64,000 nt of DNA. Origin: an uncultured delta proteobacterium. Lineage in GTDB: Bacteria; Myxococcota; Myxococcia; Myxococcales; Myxococcaceae. This document shows, piece after piece, positions 1 through 13,670 of the stretch. The translations under genes were made by a program, and so were the position numbers. The stretch is from contig CAWCKH010000004.1 in assembly GCA_963796055.1 (NCBI GenBank), positions 128,001 to 192,000 on the forward strand, written 5' to 3'. The notes below the pieces were generated by a model, which was not told the origin of the DNA, searched no databases, and saw nothing but the letters and a program-made list of their open reading frames with translations. Numbering within the stretch: position 1 is the stretch's first letter; every line of letters starts with the position of its first letter.

Positions 1-439
1 GCACCGCCGGGCGGATGGTGGGCGCCGGGCCGCCGGCGAGCGCCGCTTGCGTCTGCTCGAGCCAGACCTTCACCTGCTCGTCCCCGGGGGAGAGCGCAAC
101 CGCCTTGCGCAGCAGCGGCAGCGCCGAGCGGTACAGCCCCTTGCTCACCAGGACCTCGGAGATGAGGTGGTAGGCCAGCGGGTCCTGGCGGTCCACGGCG
201 ACGGCCCGGTCGAACTGCTCCATGGCCTCGGCGGGCCGGCCGAGCCCGATGAGCGCCTTCCCCCAGAGCACGTAGCCGTGGATGCTGTCCGGATGGTGGA
301 CGAGCCCCTGTTGACACACCTCGGCCGCGCGGGCGTTCTCACCCTCTTCGACCAGCACCCGAGCCAGCTCCACGAAGAGGGTGGAGGTGGGATCGGTGGC
401 GAGGAGCTGCTCGTACCGCTCCACCAGGGATTCGGGCAT
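1..439 (-). CDS. TPR-repeat protein, N-terminal part (runs off the window start)
   Basis: Manual translation from ATG at 439: MPESLVERYEQLLATDPTSTLFVELARVL...GYVLWGKALIGLGRPAEAMEQFDRAVAVD. TPR-like helix pairs; not in the ORF track because it is open-ended. Confidence 0.8.
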   Translation of the reverse strand, partial: MPESLVERYEQLLATDPTSTLFVELARVLVEEGENARAAEVCQQGLVHHPDSIHGYVLWGKALIGLGRPAEAMEQFDRAVAVDRQDPLAYHLISEVLVSKGLYRSALPLLRKAVALSPGDEQVKVWLEQTQAALAGGPAPTIRPAV

Positions 440-451
440 CGTTGTCAGCCG

Positions 452-868
452 ATGAAGGCTACCACGCGCCCCCTCCTCGCCTGCCTGCTCCTCGGTGTCG
501 TCGGATGTCACGAAGGGGGCGCAACGCAGGCCAAGCTGAAGAGCACGTACGAGGACTTCGAGCTCAAGGCGCGCTGGAGCGAGTCGGCGGCGGTGGCGCA
601 GATGCTGGTCCCCGAGCGACGCAGCCAGTTCCTCGCTGCGCGCGCCCGCGACGGGTCGAACCTGAACATCACCGACATCGAGCTGGTGGACGTCGTCCCG
701 AGCGAGAGCGGGGAGCGCGCCACCGTCACCTCACGCTGGCGGTGGTTCCGCCTGCCCTCCACCTCGGAGCAGGCCCAGGAGGCCAAGGCGGTGTGGGTCG
801 CCCGGGGCGGGGAGTGGCTGCTGGAGTCGATGCAGGGTGGGCCCTACCCGGACCTCTCGCCCCGCTGA
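452..868 (+). CDS. Hypothetical lipoprotein
   Basis: MKATTRPLLACLLLGVVGC signal peptide with lipobox; 3' part of ORF 47..868. Confidence 0.75.
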   Translation: MKATTRPLLACLLLGVVGCHEGGATQAKLKSTYEDFELKARWSESAAVAQMLVPERRSQFLAARARDGSNLNITDIELVDVVPSESGERATVTSRWRWFRLPSTSEQAQEAKAVWVARGGEWLLESMQGGPYPDLSPR

Positions 869-874
869 TTCCCC

Positions 875-920
875 AAAAAAAAGCGCCCACCGCCCCGGGG
901 CCGGCCGGGACGGTGGGCGT
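875..920 (-). terminator. Rho-independent terminator
   Basis: Stem gcgcccaccg (883-892) / cggtgggcgt (911-920) next to an A8 run (875-882), which reads U8 on the minus strand. Confidence 0.75.
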
Positions 921-1085
921 CAGGCGTCCCCCAATGGGACGCCCTCACATGTCCACATGGACGAGCAACACGGGTGCCATGAGCCGCCTTCGGTGTTTTC
1001 AGGAGCTTGGAAGGCGCATTCACTGGTGGTCTTCGTCCGGCGTGGGGGAAACCACGACGTCTGTGTCGTGGTCTCAGGGAAGGAG
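875..1085 (-). ncRNA. Candidate structured small RNA, family unassigned
   Basis: Consecutive hairpins (1049-1074; 959-1038; 923-943) ending in a U8 terminator; no convincing CDS. Confidence 0.35.
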
Positions 1086-1371
1086 TTCGAGCGGGCGAGC
1101 TCAGACCGTCAGCAGCGGCTCCGTGGCCCGCCATGCCCTGGTGACAGACCCACAGGCACCGGCGTTGCCCGTGGGGAACGCGGCGGGGATCGAGCACCGC
1201 ACGCGATCGCCAGGCACGTGGCTGGCCCGCACTCCGGGCCTGGCAGGTTGCAACGTGAGCGACGGAAGCCCCGCAGATTCCCAGGTCGTCACGGAGGGCC
1301 GGGCCGTGCGCCACCCTCCCTGGCTGGCCGGGCGTCGAGGGTGAACCCTCCGGGTGCACTCGATGAACGCC

Positions 1372-1595
1372 AGATTGCGTTCCACGTCCCCGAACGATCC
1401 CAGAGTCGGGTGGGGGTGTCTGGCAGCGGTCGTGTCAGCGCGCCGATTGACGCCTCGGGGACGTGGAATGCGATTCGGGGATGCCGGCTGCAACTCCACA
1501 TCCCGAAACGGACCCTTCCACGCTCGAGAAAGGTCGACTCCACCGCCCCCCCCCCGCCCAAGGGACAAATCGTTCGGGGACGTGACGTGCAATCT
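1372..1595. repeat. Cluster of alternately oriented ~27-bp repeats (REP/BIME- or MITE-like)
   Basis: 1372-1398 and 1569-1595 are inverted repeats identical at 23/27 positions; partial copies at 1455-1476 (reverse) and about 1489-1510 (forward). Confidence 0.65.
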
Positions 1596-1856
1596 CACGA
1601 TCCAAAGTGCTCGCGTGAACGGGCTTTTCCGCTCTGTCGCGAGATGTGTCCGTCCGGATCGCCGAAGCGCTCGGGGATCGCGCAGGCCGCCCGGTCATGC
1701 CTCGAGGTCAGCGCCTCGCAGTCCCCGACTGCTTCAGGGCTCTGCCGGCGCTCGTCCGAGTCGCTCCCGGTCGTGCCTCGAGACCCGCGGCCACGTTCAC
1801 CACGCCGGACACGCGCCCTCACACGCCCGGCCACCGGCCCCAGGCGGCTCAGCCTG

Positions 1857-2816
1857 TCACGCCGCCGCCCGCTCTCCGTCGACCGATCGAATGGTGTCCT
1901 TCATCGAGTGCTGGGGGACCCAGCCCACGTCGGTCCGCCACCGGCTGCCGTCCACCATGCAGAGGAACTGGATGTGGTCCAGCTCCGGCGGGGGGAAGCT
2001 CGCCAGACGGTACCGGAACAGCGTGCCCAGCAGCAGCCGGGCGATGGGGTGCGGCACCGGGATGGGCGTCCTGCCCAGCTCGCGCAGCACGGCAGAGAGC
2101 GGCACCTCCCCGGGACCGACAACGTTGTAGACACCCTTCAGCCCCGGCCGGAGCGCCTCCACCATCGCCCGGGCGGCATCCTCCTGGTGGATGAGCTGGA
2201 GCATCGGGTCGAACCCGGCCAGCACCCACGGGTGCCGCAGCCGCAGGTAGTTCGAAGGGGCGTTCCGGATCGTGGGCCCCAGGATGTGCACCGGCCGGAG
2301 AATGACGGTCTCGATGTCCGGGTGCCGCCAGAAGAATCCGTGGGCGAGCATGTCGACCTCGATCAGGTCGCGGACGCCCGAGAAGCGCGAGGCCGCCATC
2401 AGCGGGGCATCCTCGGAGAGGAAGTTCGAGTTGTCGGGGCTCGGGCCGTAGACGTTGGCGCTGGAGAGGACCACCACCTTCTTCACCCCGTACTTCGCCA
2501 CCGCCTCCAGCACCCGGGTGGTGCCCACCACGTTGAAGGAGTGGTGCTCCTCCGAGGACATCCGGGGGTCGTGCATGATCCCCATGTGGATGACCGCCTT
2601 CACGTCGTGGATGCGGAAGACGTCCTCGGCCTTCTTCTTGCGGAGATCCAGCTGGAAGAGCTCCACGTCCTTCGGGGCACCGGGGAACGGCCGGCGGTCG
2701 AGGCCGACGATGCGCTCGGTCCGGTGGAGCAGCTTGGTGAGCGTGCGCCCGAGGTTCCCGCCGATGCCGGTGACCACCACCACCTGTCGGGCCTCGGCGC
2801 TCATCGGCTCGCTCAC
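1857..2816 (-). CDS. NAD-dependent epimerase/dehydratase (extended SDR)
   Basis: VVVTGIGGNLG Rossmann motif, SSANVYG, LRPVHILGP; GTGA overlap with the upstream gene (alternative ATG start at 2804). Confidence 0.9.
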   Translation of the reverse strand: MSEPMSAEARQVVVVTGIGGNLGRTLTKLLHRTERIVGLDRRPFPGAPKDVELFQLDLRKKKAEDVFRIHDVKAVIHMGIMHDPRMSSEEHHSFNVVGTTRVLEAVAKYGVKKVVVLSSANVYGPSPDNSNFLSEDAPLMAASRFSGVRDLIEVDMLAHGFFWRHPDIETVILRPVHILGPTIRNAPSNYLRLRHPWVLAGFDPMLQLIHQEDAARAMVEALRPGLKGVYNVVGPGEVPLSAVLRELGRTPIPVPHPIARLLLGTLFRYRLASFPPPELDHIQFLCMVDGSRWRTDVGWVPQHSMKDTIRSVDGERAAA

Positions 2817-3661
2817 CAGAAGACGCTCTTCCGCTCCTCGAGGCCCTGCTGGAGCAGGCCCTGCAGCGTGGTCTTCACCACCCGGACCTTCTTGTCCAGC
2901 TCGGTGTCCTCGTCGTCCGGGCTCCCGGAGAACGTCAGCGGATCGCCGAAGTACAGCCGGTACTTGGTGGGCAGCGGAATGGGCGTCACCGTCACCGGGA
3001 GCGCCGGAAAGCCGATCAGCTTGCCCACCGAGCGAAGATTCAGCAGGGCCGGGGCCTGCTCCTCCGAGCCGATGATGGCCACCGGCACGATGGGCGTCGC
3101 CGTCTCCAGCGCCAGCCGCATGAAGCCGAGGCCGAACTGCTTGAGCTGGTAACGCTCGGGCCAGAGCTTGCTGATTCCCGGCACCCCCTCGGGGAACACC
3201 ATCACCGCCTCGCCCATGTTGAGCAACCGCCGGCAGTTCTCCGGCGTCCCGACGATCTGCCCGCTCCGGGCGAAGATGGTCGACACGTAGGGCAACGAGG
3301 CGGCCCACTTCTCGGTCATCGCCCGGACCAGGCGCGGCGGATCGTGCTCCAGGAGCATCGCCACGCCCACCATCGTCCCGTCAATGGGGATCTGCCCGGC
3401 GTGGTTGCCCACCAGGAAGACCCGTCCGCTTGGCACCCGCTCGATGCCGTGCGTCTCCACCCGGAAGTACTTCTTGTAGAGCCAGACGAACGGCGCGATC
3501 GCGGCCAGCGCGTAGTCGGGGTCGAAGCCGAAGGGGTCCACCCCGAACTCGCTGTTGCTCCGCTTCGCCATCGCCTCCAGCGCCGGCCCGCGGTCCCCGG
3601 CCAGCTCCAGGGTGAGCCGCTTCAGTCGCTGCCTCGTCTGCTCGCTCCAGCGCTCGAACAT
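2813..3661 (-). CDS. Lysophospholipid acyltransferase (PlsC/DAGAT-like)
   Basis: GNHAGQIPIDG (extended H..D motif), VFPEG, TPIVPVAIIG. Confidence 0.9.
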   Translation of the reverse strand: MFERWSEQTRQRLKRLTLELAGDRGPALEAMAKRSNSEFGVDPFGFDPDYALAAIAPFVWLYKKYFRVETHGIERVPSGRVFLVGNHAGQIPIDGTMVGVAMLLEHDPPRLVRAMTEKWAASLPYVSTIFARSGQIVGTPENCRRLLNMGEAVMVFPEGVPGISKLWPERYQLKQFGLGFMRLALETATPIVPVAIIGSEEQAPALLNLRSVGKLIGFPALPVTVTPIPLPTKYRLYFGDPLTFSGSPDDEDTELDKKVRVVKTTLQGLLQQGLEERKSVFW

Positions 3662-3739
3662 GGGGTCCGGGGCGTCCCTTCTAGCTGACTGCGGCCGCCC
3701 TGACCTCACCGACTGCAGCCCGCCGTACGACACCCCGAC

Positions 3740-4687
3740 CTAGCTGCGAGCGCTGTCCTGGACCGCCAGCGACCGGGCGGCCTCCCGGAGCGGCACGAGC
3801 TGGAAGTCCCGGGCCACCCACTCCATGACTTGCCGGAGCCGGGCGAGCTTGGTCGACAGCGGGAGGCGGAGGTCGGGCTGGGCGCGGGCCAGCTCGGGCG
3901 GCAGCCCGTCCTCCGGGCCGAGGACATCCACCGCGTGCAGCTCCAGCGAGAGGAACGGGTCCCCCCGGAGCCGGGTGTAAGCCGCGCGCACCATCGGCCA
4001 CGGCGCGAGCACCACGAAGGTGCCGATGAACGGAATCCGGGCGCCCGGCGTCACCGACATCGGCAGCTCGAGCAGTGGCGCCGCCCCGCGCCGCTCGGGC
4101 CGATCCGGGTCGGGCCGATAGGGCAGGCGCGGGGCGAGCAACACGCGAGGGGTGTCGAGGATGGCGACCGAGCGGCGGCCCCGGAGCCGGAGCCAGCCCA
4201 GGGTGAGCGCCTTCGCCGCCCAGTAGGGCGCCGCGGGGAAGATGCTCGCGTCGTAGGCGTACCCCCGGGCGACCACCGCGCGGAGCAGCGCCGGCGAGAG
4301 CGTGTACCCCGGGGCACGGAACCCGAGCGGAGACACCGCCCCCAGCGAGGCGAGCACCCCCTCGGCCTGAGCGAGGTCGCGGTCAATGTCCCCGGGCGGG
4401 GCGCGCGACAGGGCATAGGCGTGAGCGTGGCTGTGGCTCCCCAGCTCGTGCCCTCGCCGGAGCGCGTCCTCGAGCGGCGGGCGGCCGGCCTGGTCCACCT
4501 CGGCCCCGATGACGAACAGCGTGCCCCGGCCGCCCACGCCCTCCAGCAGCTCGGCGAACCGGGGAACGGCGACTCGATGGACGAGGCTCCGCGCCTCCGC
4601 TGTGACCACCTCCGACCGCAGCCCGTGCAGGGCCGCGTAGTGCGGCAGGCCGTCCAGGTCGATAGAGATGGAAGCCAGCCCGGTCAT
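3740..4687 (-). CDS. Polysaccharide deacetylase (CE4/NodB-like)
   Basis: SISIDLD, TLFVIG, GHELGSHSHAH, GFRAPGY motifs; own ATG at 4687. Confidence 0.88.
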   Translation of the reverse strand: MTGLASISIDLDGLPHYAALHGLRSEVVTAEARSLVHRVAVPRFAELLEGVGGRGTLFVIGAEVDQAGRPPLEDALRRGHELGSHSHAHAYALSRAPPGDIDRDLAQAEGVLASLGAVSPLGFRAPGYTLSPALLRAVVARGYAYDASIFPAAPYWAAKALTLGWLRLRGRRSVAILDTPRVLLAPRLPYRPDPDRPERRGAAPLLELPMSVTPGARIPFIGTFVVLAPWPMVRAAYTRLRGDPFLSLELHAVDVLGPEDGLPPELARAQPDLRLPLSTKLARLRQVMEWVARDFQLVPLREAARSLAVQDSARS

Positions 4688-4695
4688 GCAGCCGC

Positions 4696-5410
4696 TCACC
4701 CGCCCCGGACCTGGATGACCCACACCAGCTTCGCCACCTGTCGGAGCACGTTGGGCACCCGGCGCAGGAGGTGGACGGAGGGCTGCCGCCTCTCCTCGAG
4801 CCGGATGGGAATCTCCAGCACCCGGATACCCGTCGCGCCAGGCGCGGACCACGAACTCGGAGGCGAAGACATCGCGGTCCACCACGCAGGACCGCGCCAC
4901 CGGCACCAGCCGCTCGCGTCGGAACGCCTTCAGTCCGTGGGTGTCGGTGCCCTGGAACCCCAGGAGCAGCCGGAGCAGACCGTTGTGGACCCGCGTCGCC
5001 ACCCGGCGGATGAGGGGCCGACGGTCCACCGCGCCCCGCGCCGCCTTGCTCCCCACCACCATGTCCAGGCCCGGGTCGCCGAGCAGCTTCAGCGCGCTGT
5101 CGTAGAACGTCAGGTCGCAGAGGTCGATCTCGTCGCAGAACACCAGCTCGCCGCGGGCCTGGAGCATCCCCTGCTTCAGGGCCGCGCCGTAGTTGGGCGT
5201 GGAGCAGTGGAACCAGCGCAGACGCGGGTTCGCCGCGGTCAGCCGCTCCAGCAGCGCCGGGGTTCCGTCGGTGGAGCCGTTCTCGGCCAGCAGCACCTCG
5301 TAGTCGAGGCCCCGGGCATCGAGGCCGGCGGTGAGCTCGGCCAGGGCGGAGGGGAGGATGCGCTCCTCGTTGTACACCGGGATGACCACGGTCAGCCGCG
5401 GGGCAGCCAT
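4696..5410 (-). CDS. Family 2 glycosyltransferase (polyprenol-phosphate sugar synthase-like), one-base frameshift near 4825
   Basis: VVIPVYNEE, ENGSTDGT, DTHGLKAFRR. Removing one base near 4825 restores the typical YRVLEIPIRLEE...* C-terminus with a stop at 4696. Confidence 0.85.
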
Positions 5411-6759
5411 CACGCGCGCTCGACCTGCTCCGCGGCCGCGCGCCCTCCGAGCAGCGCGTCCTCCATCGACGAGTACTCCCAGTTCCCGTAGCGGCCAGCG
5501 GTGCGAATGCCCACGCCGGACAGGAAGTCGATCACCCTCTGGCGGGCCGGTCCGTAGTGGGCGTCGTACAGCACGTAGGCGTTCCGGATGACGCGCGGCT
5601 CGGTGAAGAGCACGTCGGCCGCGCCGTGGATCATCTTCGCACGGACCAGGTCCTCCACCGCCGCCCGGGCGCAGGCCTGGGGGGAGCGGGGCCCGGAGTA
5701 CTCCACGTAGAACGACGAGGTCCCCTCCGGCGCCGTGCCGGGGAAGACCGCCGAGGGGGAGCCGATGCGGTAGGTCGTGAACTCGGGCTCGGGCGTGTAC
5801 ACCCAGTGCCAGGGCTGGAGGTTGGGCCCGCGCACCCCCACCGCCACCCAGGTGACGTCGGTCGCCCGGAGCTTCCCGGCCGCGGCACGTACCTCGTCGG
5901 GCACCCGGTGGAGCAGATCGACCAGGAGCGGCAGCGGCAACGTCGACACCAGCGCCGACCAGTGGACCTCGCTGCCATCCGAGAGACGGGCCAGCCGGCG
6001 CTCCCAGTCGAGCGCCACGGGCTCCGTTCCGACCCGGACCTCGTTGGCCGGAGCCAGCGAGGCCACCGAGCCCGTCGAGCCCACGGTGACCTCCCGGAAG
6101 AGCGCCCGGGCGAGCGCCTCGATGCCGCCCTGCTTCGGGTACACGAACGTCGCGTTGTAGCCGAGCGCGTCCGAGCCGAGCCCCAGCGCTCCGTCCACCA
6201 CCTCGCGCAGCGTCGGCTTCGGCACGAACCGCCCACACCAGGCGGCGCTCAGCTCGCGCGGCGGCACGCCGAAGAGCTTGGTGTTGTACGGCACCATGAA
6301 GTTCTTCGCGAAGCCCGCCCCGAGATGGCGGAGGATGAACTCCTCGAAGTTGGCCGGTTCCCGCTCGCGCAGCGCCCGGCCGCCCTCCCCCACCGTGGCC
6401 TCCACGAAGCCCAGGAGGTTCTCCGCCACCACCTCGGCCGGCAGACCATGGGTGTTCACCTGGTAGGGAAACCGGGTGAACACGCCCCGGGTGAAGACCG
6501 CCGCTCTCCTGGCGACGGTCACCAGCCCACCCGGGAGCAGCCGCTCGTGCACCAGGGCCTTCATTTCCGGGTCCCGGAGGTGGAGCCAGTGGCCGGTGGG
6601 GTCGAAGCGGAAGCCGCCGTGCATCGTCTCGGTGCGGACCAGCCCGCCGACGCGTGACTCCTTCTCCACCAGCAGCCACGGCCGGTGGAGGTGGAACGCG
6701 GTGGAGAGCCCGGCGAGGCCGCCGCCGAGGATGAGCACGGGCTCGATGTGGGTGTTCAC
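5410..6759 (-). CDS. FAD-dependent oxidoreductase (protoporphyrinogen oxidase / UDP-galactopyranose mutase-like)
   Basis: ILGGGLAGL, EKESRVGG, FDPTGHWLH, GRYGNWEYSSMEDA; TGATG overlap with the GT2 gene. Confidence 0.85.
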   Translation of the reverse strand: MNTHIEPVLILGGGLAGLSTAFHLHRPWLLVEKESRVGGLVRTETMHGGFRFDPTGHWLHLRDPEMKALVHERLLPGGLVTVARRAAVFTRGVFTRFPYQVNTHGLPAEVVAENLLGFVEATVGEGGRALREREPANFEEFILRHLGAGFAKNFMVPYNTKLFGVPPRELSAAWCGRFVPKPTLREVVDGALGLGSDALGYNATFVYPKQGGIEALARALFREVTVGSTGSVASLAPANEVRVGTEPVALDWERRLARLSDGSEVHWSALVSTLPLPLLVDLLHRVPDEVRAAAGKLRATDVTWVAVGVRGPNLQPWHWVYTPEPEFTTYRIGSPSAVFPGTAPEGTSSFYVEYSGPRSPQACARAAVEDLVRAKMIHGAADVLFTEPRVIRNAYVLYDAHYGPARQRVIDFLSGVGIRTAGRYGNWEYSSMEDALLGGRAAAEQVERA

Positions 6760-6828
6760 GCTCACGGCTCGGACGGCTCGCCTAGCACGAGAACTCCCGG
6801 GCAGTCTGCTAGCCTCCGGTCTCTCCCC

Positions 6829-12029
<5,201 letters not shown>

Positions 12030-12038
12030 GCCCCCTGG

Positions 12039-12066
12039 TTGCAACGGAGGCCGAATCGAGTATGAA
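12039..12066 (+). promoter_or_regulatory. Possible sigma70 promoter of the tRNA cluster
   Basis: TTGCAA-N16-TATGAA upstream of tRNA-Ser(TGA). Confidence 0.35.
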
Positions 12067-12093
12067 GGCGGCCCTTTTCGGCCGTCCTGCCTG

Positions 12094-12180
12094 GGAGGAA
12101 TGGCCGAGCGGCTGAAGGCAGCGGTCTTGAAAACCGCCAAGGGTTCACGCCCTTCGTAGGTTCGAATCCTACTTCCTCCG
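12094..12180 (+). tRNA. tRNA-Ser(TGA)
   Basis: Acceptor GGAGGAA/TTCCTCC; anticodon arm gcggt-ctTGAaa-accgc; long variable arm; GGTTCGAATCC. Confidence 0.96.
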
Positions 12181-12213
12181 TCGAGCGGTGGTTCTTTGAG
12201 TGGTCGCAGGTTT

Positions 12214-12300
12214 GGAGAGATGGCCGAGAGGCTGAAGGCACAGGTTTGCTAAACCTGCATATCCGAAAGGGTATCGAGGGTTCGAATCCCTCTCTCTCCG
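12214..12300 (+). tRNA. tRNA-Ser(GCT)
   Basis: Acceptor GGAGAGA/TCTCTCC; anticodon arm caggt-ttGCTaa-acctg; long variable arm. Confidence 0.96.
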
Positions 12301-12364
12301 TTGCAAGGTGGTGTCCGAGAGGGTAGGAGGCCGCTCGCTGCTCTTTGAAATCCCCGCCTGGTAC

Positions 12365-12441
12365 GCGCCCTTAGCTCAGTTGGATAGAGCGTCGGACTAC
12401 GAATCCGAAGGCCAGAGGTTCAAATCCTCTAGGGCGCGCCA
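12365..12441 (+). tRNA. tRNA-Arg(ACG)
   Basis: Acceptor GCGCCCT/AGGGCGC with encoded CCA; anticodon arm tcgga-ctACGaa-tccga. Confidence 0.97.
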
Positions 12442-12460
12442 TTTCCCCCCTCGATCCCCG

Positions 12461-12928
12461 ATGGAAGACGACGACGAGCGGTGCATGCGCGAGGCACTCC
12501 GGCTGGCCGACGAGGCCGCGGCCCTCGGCGAGGTGCCGGTCGGCGCCGTCGCCGTGCACGAGGGCGTGGTCGTCGGCCGTGGGTCGAACCGCCGCGAGAC
12601 CGACCGCGACCCGTTCGCTCACGCCGAGATGCGCGCACTCTCCGAAGCTGCCCGGGTGCTCGGCCGGTGGCGGCTATCGGGCGTGTCGCTGATCGTCACC
12701 CTCGAGCCGTGCTCGCTGTGTGTCGGTGCGGCGCTGCAGGCCCGGGTCGACCGGATCGTCTACGGCGCACCGAGCCCGAAGGCCGGAGCGCTCGGAGGGC
12801 TGTTCGACCTGAACGCCCTGCCCCACAATCACCGGCTCGAGGTCCGGCGGGGCGTGCTGGAGGCCGAGTGCGGGGAGCGGCTGACCCGGTTCTTCCAGGG
12901 TCTGCGGGGGCGGGACGTTGAAAACTGA
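12461..12928 (+). CDS. tadA: tRNA adenosine(34) deaminase
   Basis: GEVPVGAV, AHAEMRAL, TLEPCSLC zinc motifs; conserved position next to SRP RNA and dnaX. Confidence 0.93.
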   Translation: MEDDDERCMREALRLADEAAALGEVPVGAVAVHEGVVVGRGSNRRETDRDPFAHAEMRALSEAARVLGRWRLSGVSLIVTLEPCSLCVGAALQARVDRIVYGAPSPKAGALGGLFDLNALPHNHRLEVRRGVLEAECGERLTRFFQGLRGRDVEN

Positions 12929-12934
12929 ATCGCT

Positions 12935-13021
12935 GGAGAGCTGGCCGAGTGGTCGAAGGCACCTGACTCGAAATCAGGCGTACCGGCAACGGTACCGTAG
13001 GTTCGAATCCTACGCTCTCCG
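12935..13021 (+). tRNA. tRNA-Ser(CGA)
   Basis: Acceptor GGAGAGC/GCTCTCC; anticodon arm cctga-ctCGAaa-tcagg. Confidence 0.96.
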
Positions 13022-13027
13022 CTCGCT

Positions 13028-13114
13028 GGAGAGGTGGCCGAGCGGTTGAAGGCACACGCCTGGAACGCGTGCATATCTGAAAGGGTATCGTGGGTTCGAA
13101 TCCCACCCTCTCCG
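13028..13114 (+). tRNA. tRNA-Ser(GGA)
   Basis: Acceptor GGAGAGG/CCTCTCC; anticodon arm cacgc-ctGGAac-gcgtg. Confidence 0.96.
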
Positions 13115-13144
13115 CTGCTAAGGAGCTCTGGAGCAACAGCTTGT

Positions 13145-13224
13145 GGTCGGGACGACGCGGGGACGTGAACCCCGCCAGATCCGGAAGGAAGCAACGGTAG
13201 CGCACCTTCGCGTGTGTCCCGGCC
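13145..13224 (+). ncRNA. ffs: Signal recognition particle RNA (4.5S); ends approximate
   Basis: Helix-8 motif CAGATCCGGAAGGAAGCA inside a long hairpin ggtcgggac...gtcccggcc. Confidence 0.93.
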
Positions 13225-13284
13225 GTTCCCATCTCGTCGGTCCGTTCGCATCTTCGGGGCTCTCCCCCGGAGGTGCGGACGGAC

Positions 13285-13632
13285 ATGGCGGACACCAGCG
13301 TCACCAAGGTCGACGGCGAGAAGAGCCCGGTCGGGCGCATGGGACAGCGGTATCTCGCCTCGGGAGTTCGGCTCTCGATGCGGCTGTGGCTCGATGAGGA
13401 GCCCGGCGAGGCAAAGCCCGCGGTGCGGAGGGACTACGAGACGGTCGGGTACGTGCTGCGGGGGCGGGCCGAGCTGACCCTCGAGGGGCAGACCGTGCGG
13501 CTCGAGCCCGGGGACAGCTGGGTGGTGCCGAAGGGCGCCGAGCACAGCTACCGGATCCTCGAGACCTTCTCCGCGGTGGAGGCCACCAGCCCGCCGGCGG
13601 AGGTGCACGGGCGAGACGAGGAGGCGCGCTGA
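13285..13632 (+). CDS. Cupin domain protein
   Basis: YETVGYVLRG...LEPGDSWVVPKGAEHSY. Confidence 0.88.
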   Translation: MADTSVTKVDGEKSPVGRMGQRYLASGVRLSMRLWLDEEPGEAKPAVRRDYETVGYVLRGRAELTLEGQTVRLEPGDSWVVPKGAEHSYRILETFSAVEATSPPAEVHGRDEEAR

Positions 13633-13670
13633 ACAGGGGCGCTGGCGCGCGGCCGTCATCCGAGCGGTTT

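Noticed and set aside
875..1085. Naming the candidate sRNA as Pxr, 6S RNA or a retron msr/msd
   Set aside because: No convincing match by eye and no reverse transcriptase in the window, so it is left unassigned.
1153..1170. Sigma54-like AGGCACCGGCGTTGC on the plus strand
   Set aside because: The GG-N10-GC spacing fits, but no plus-strand gene follows and such matches are common in GC-rich DNA.
1372..1595. CRISPR array
   Set aside because: The repeats alternate in orientation, are degenerate and unevenly spaced, and no cas genes are present.
837..3152. 771-aa plus-strand ORF and many similar long overlapping ORFs (for example the 5' parts of 5410..9969 and 7659..12029, and 19380..21131)
   Set aside because: Shadow ORFs typical of very high GC DNA: Arg/Gly/Pro-rich, no motifs, and antisense or out of frame to well-supported genes.
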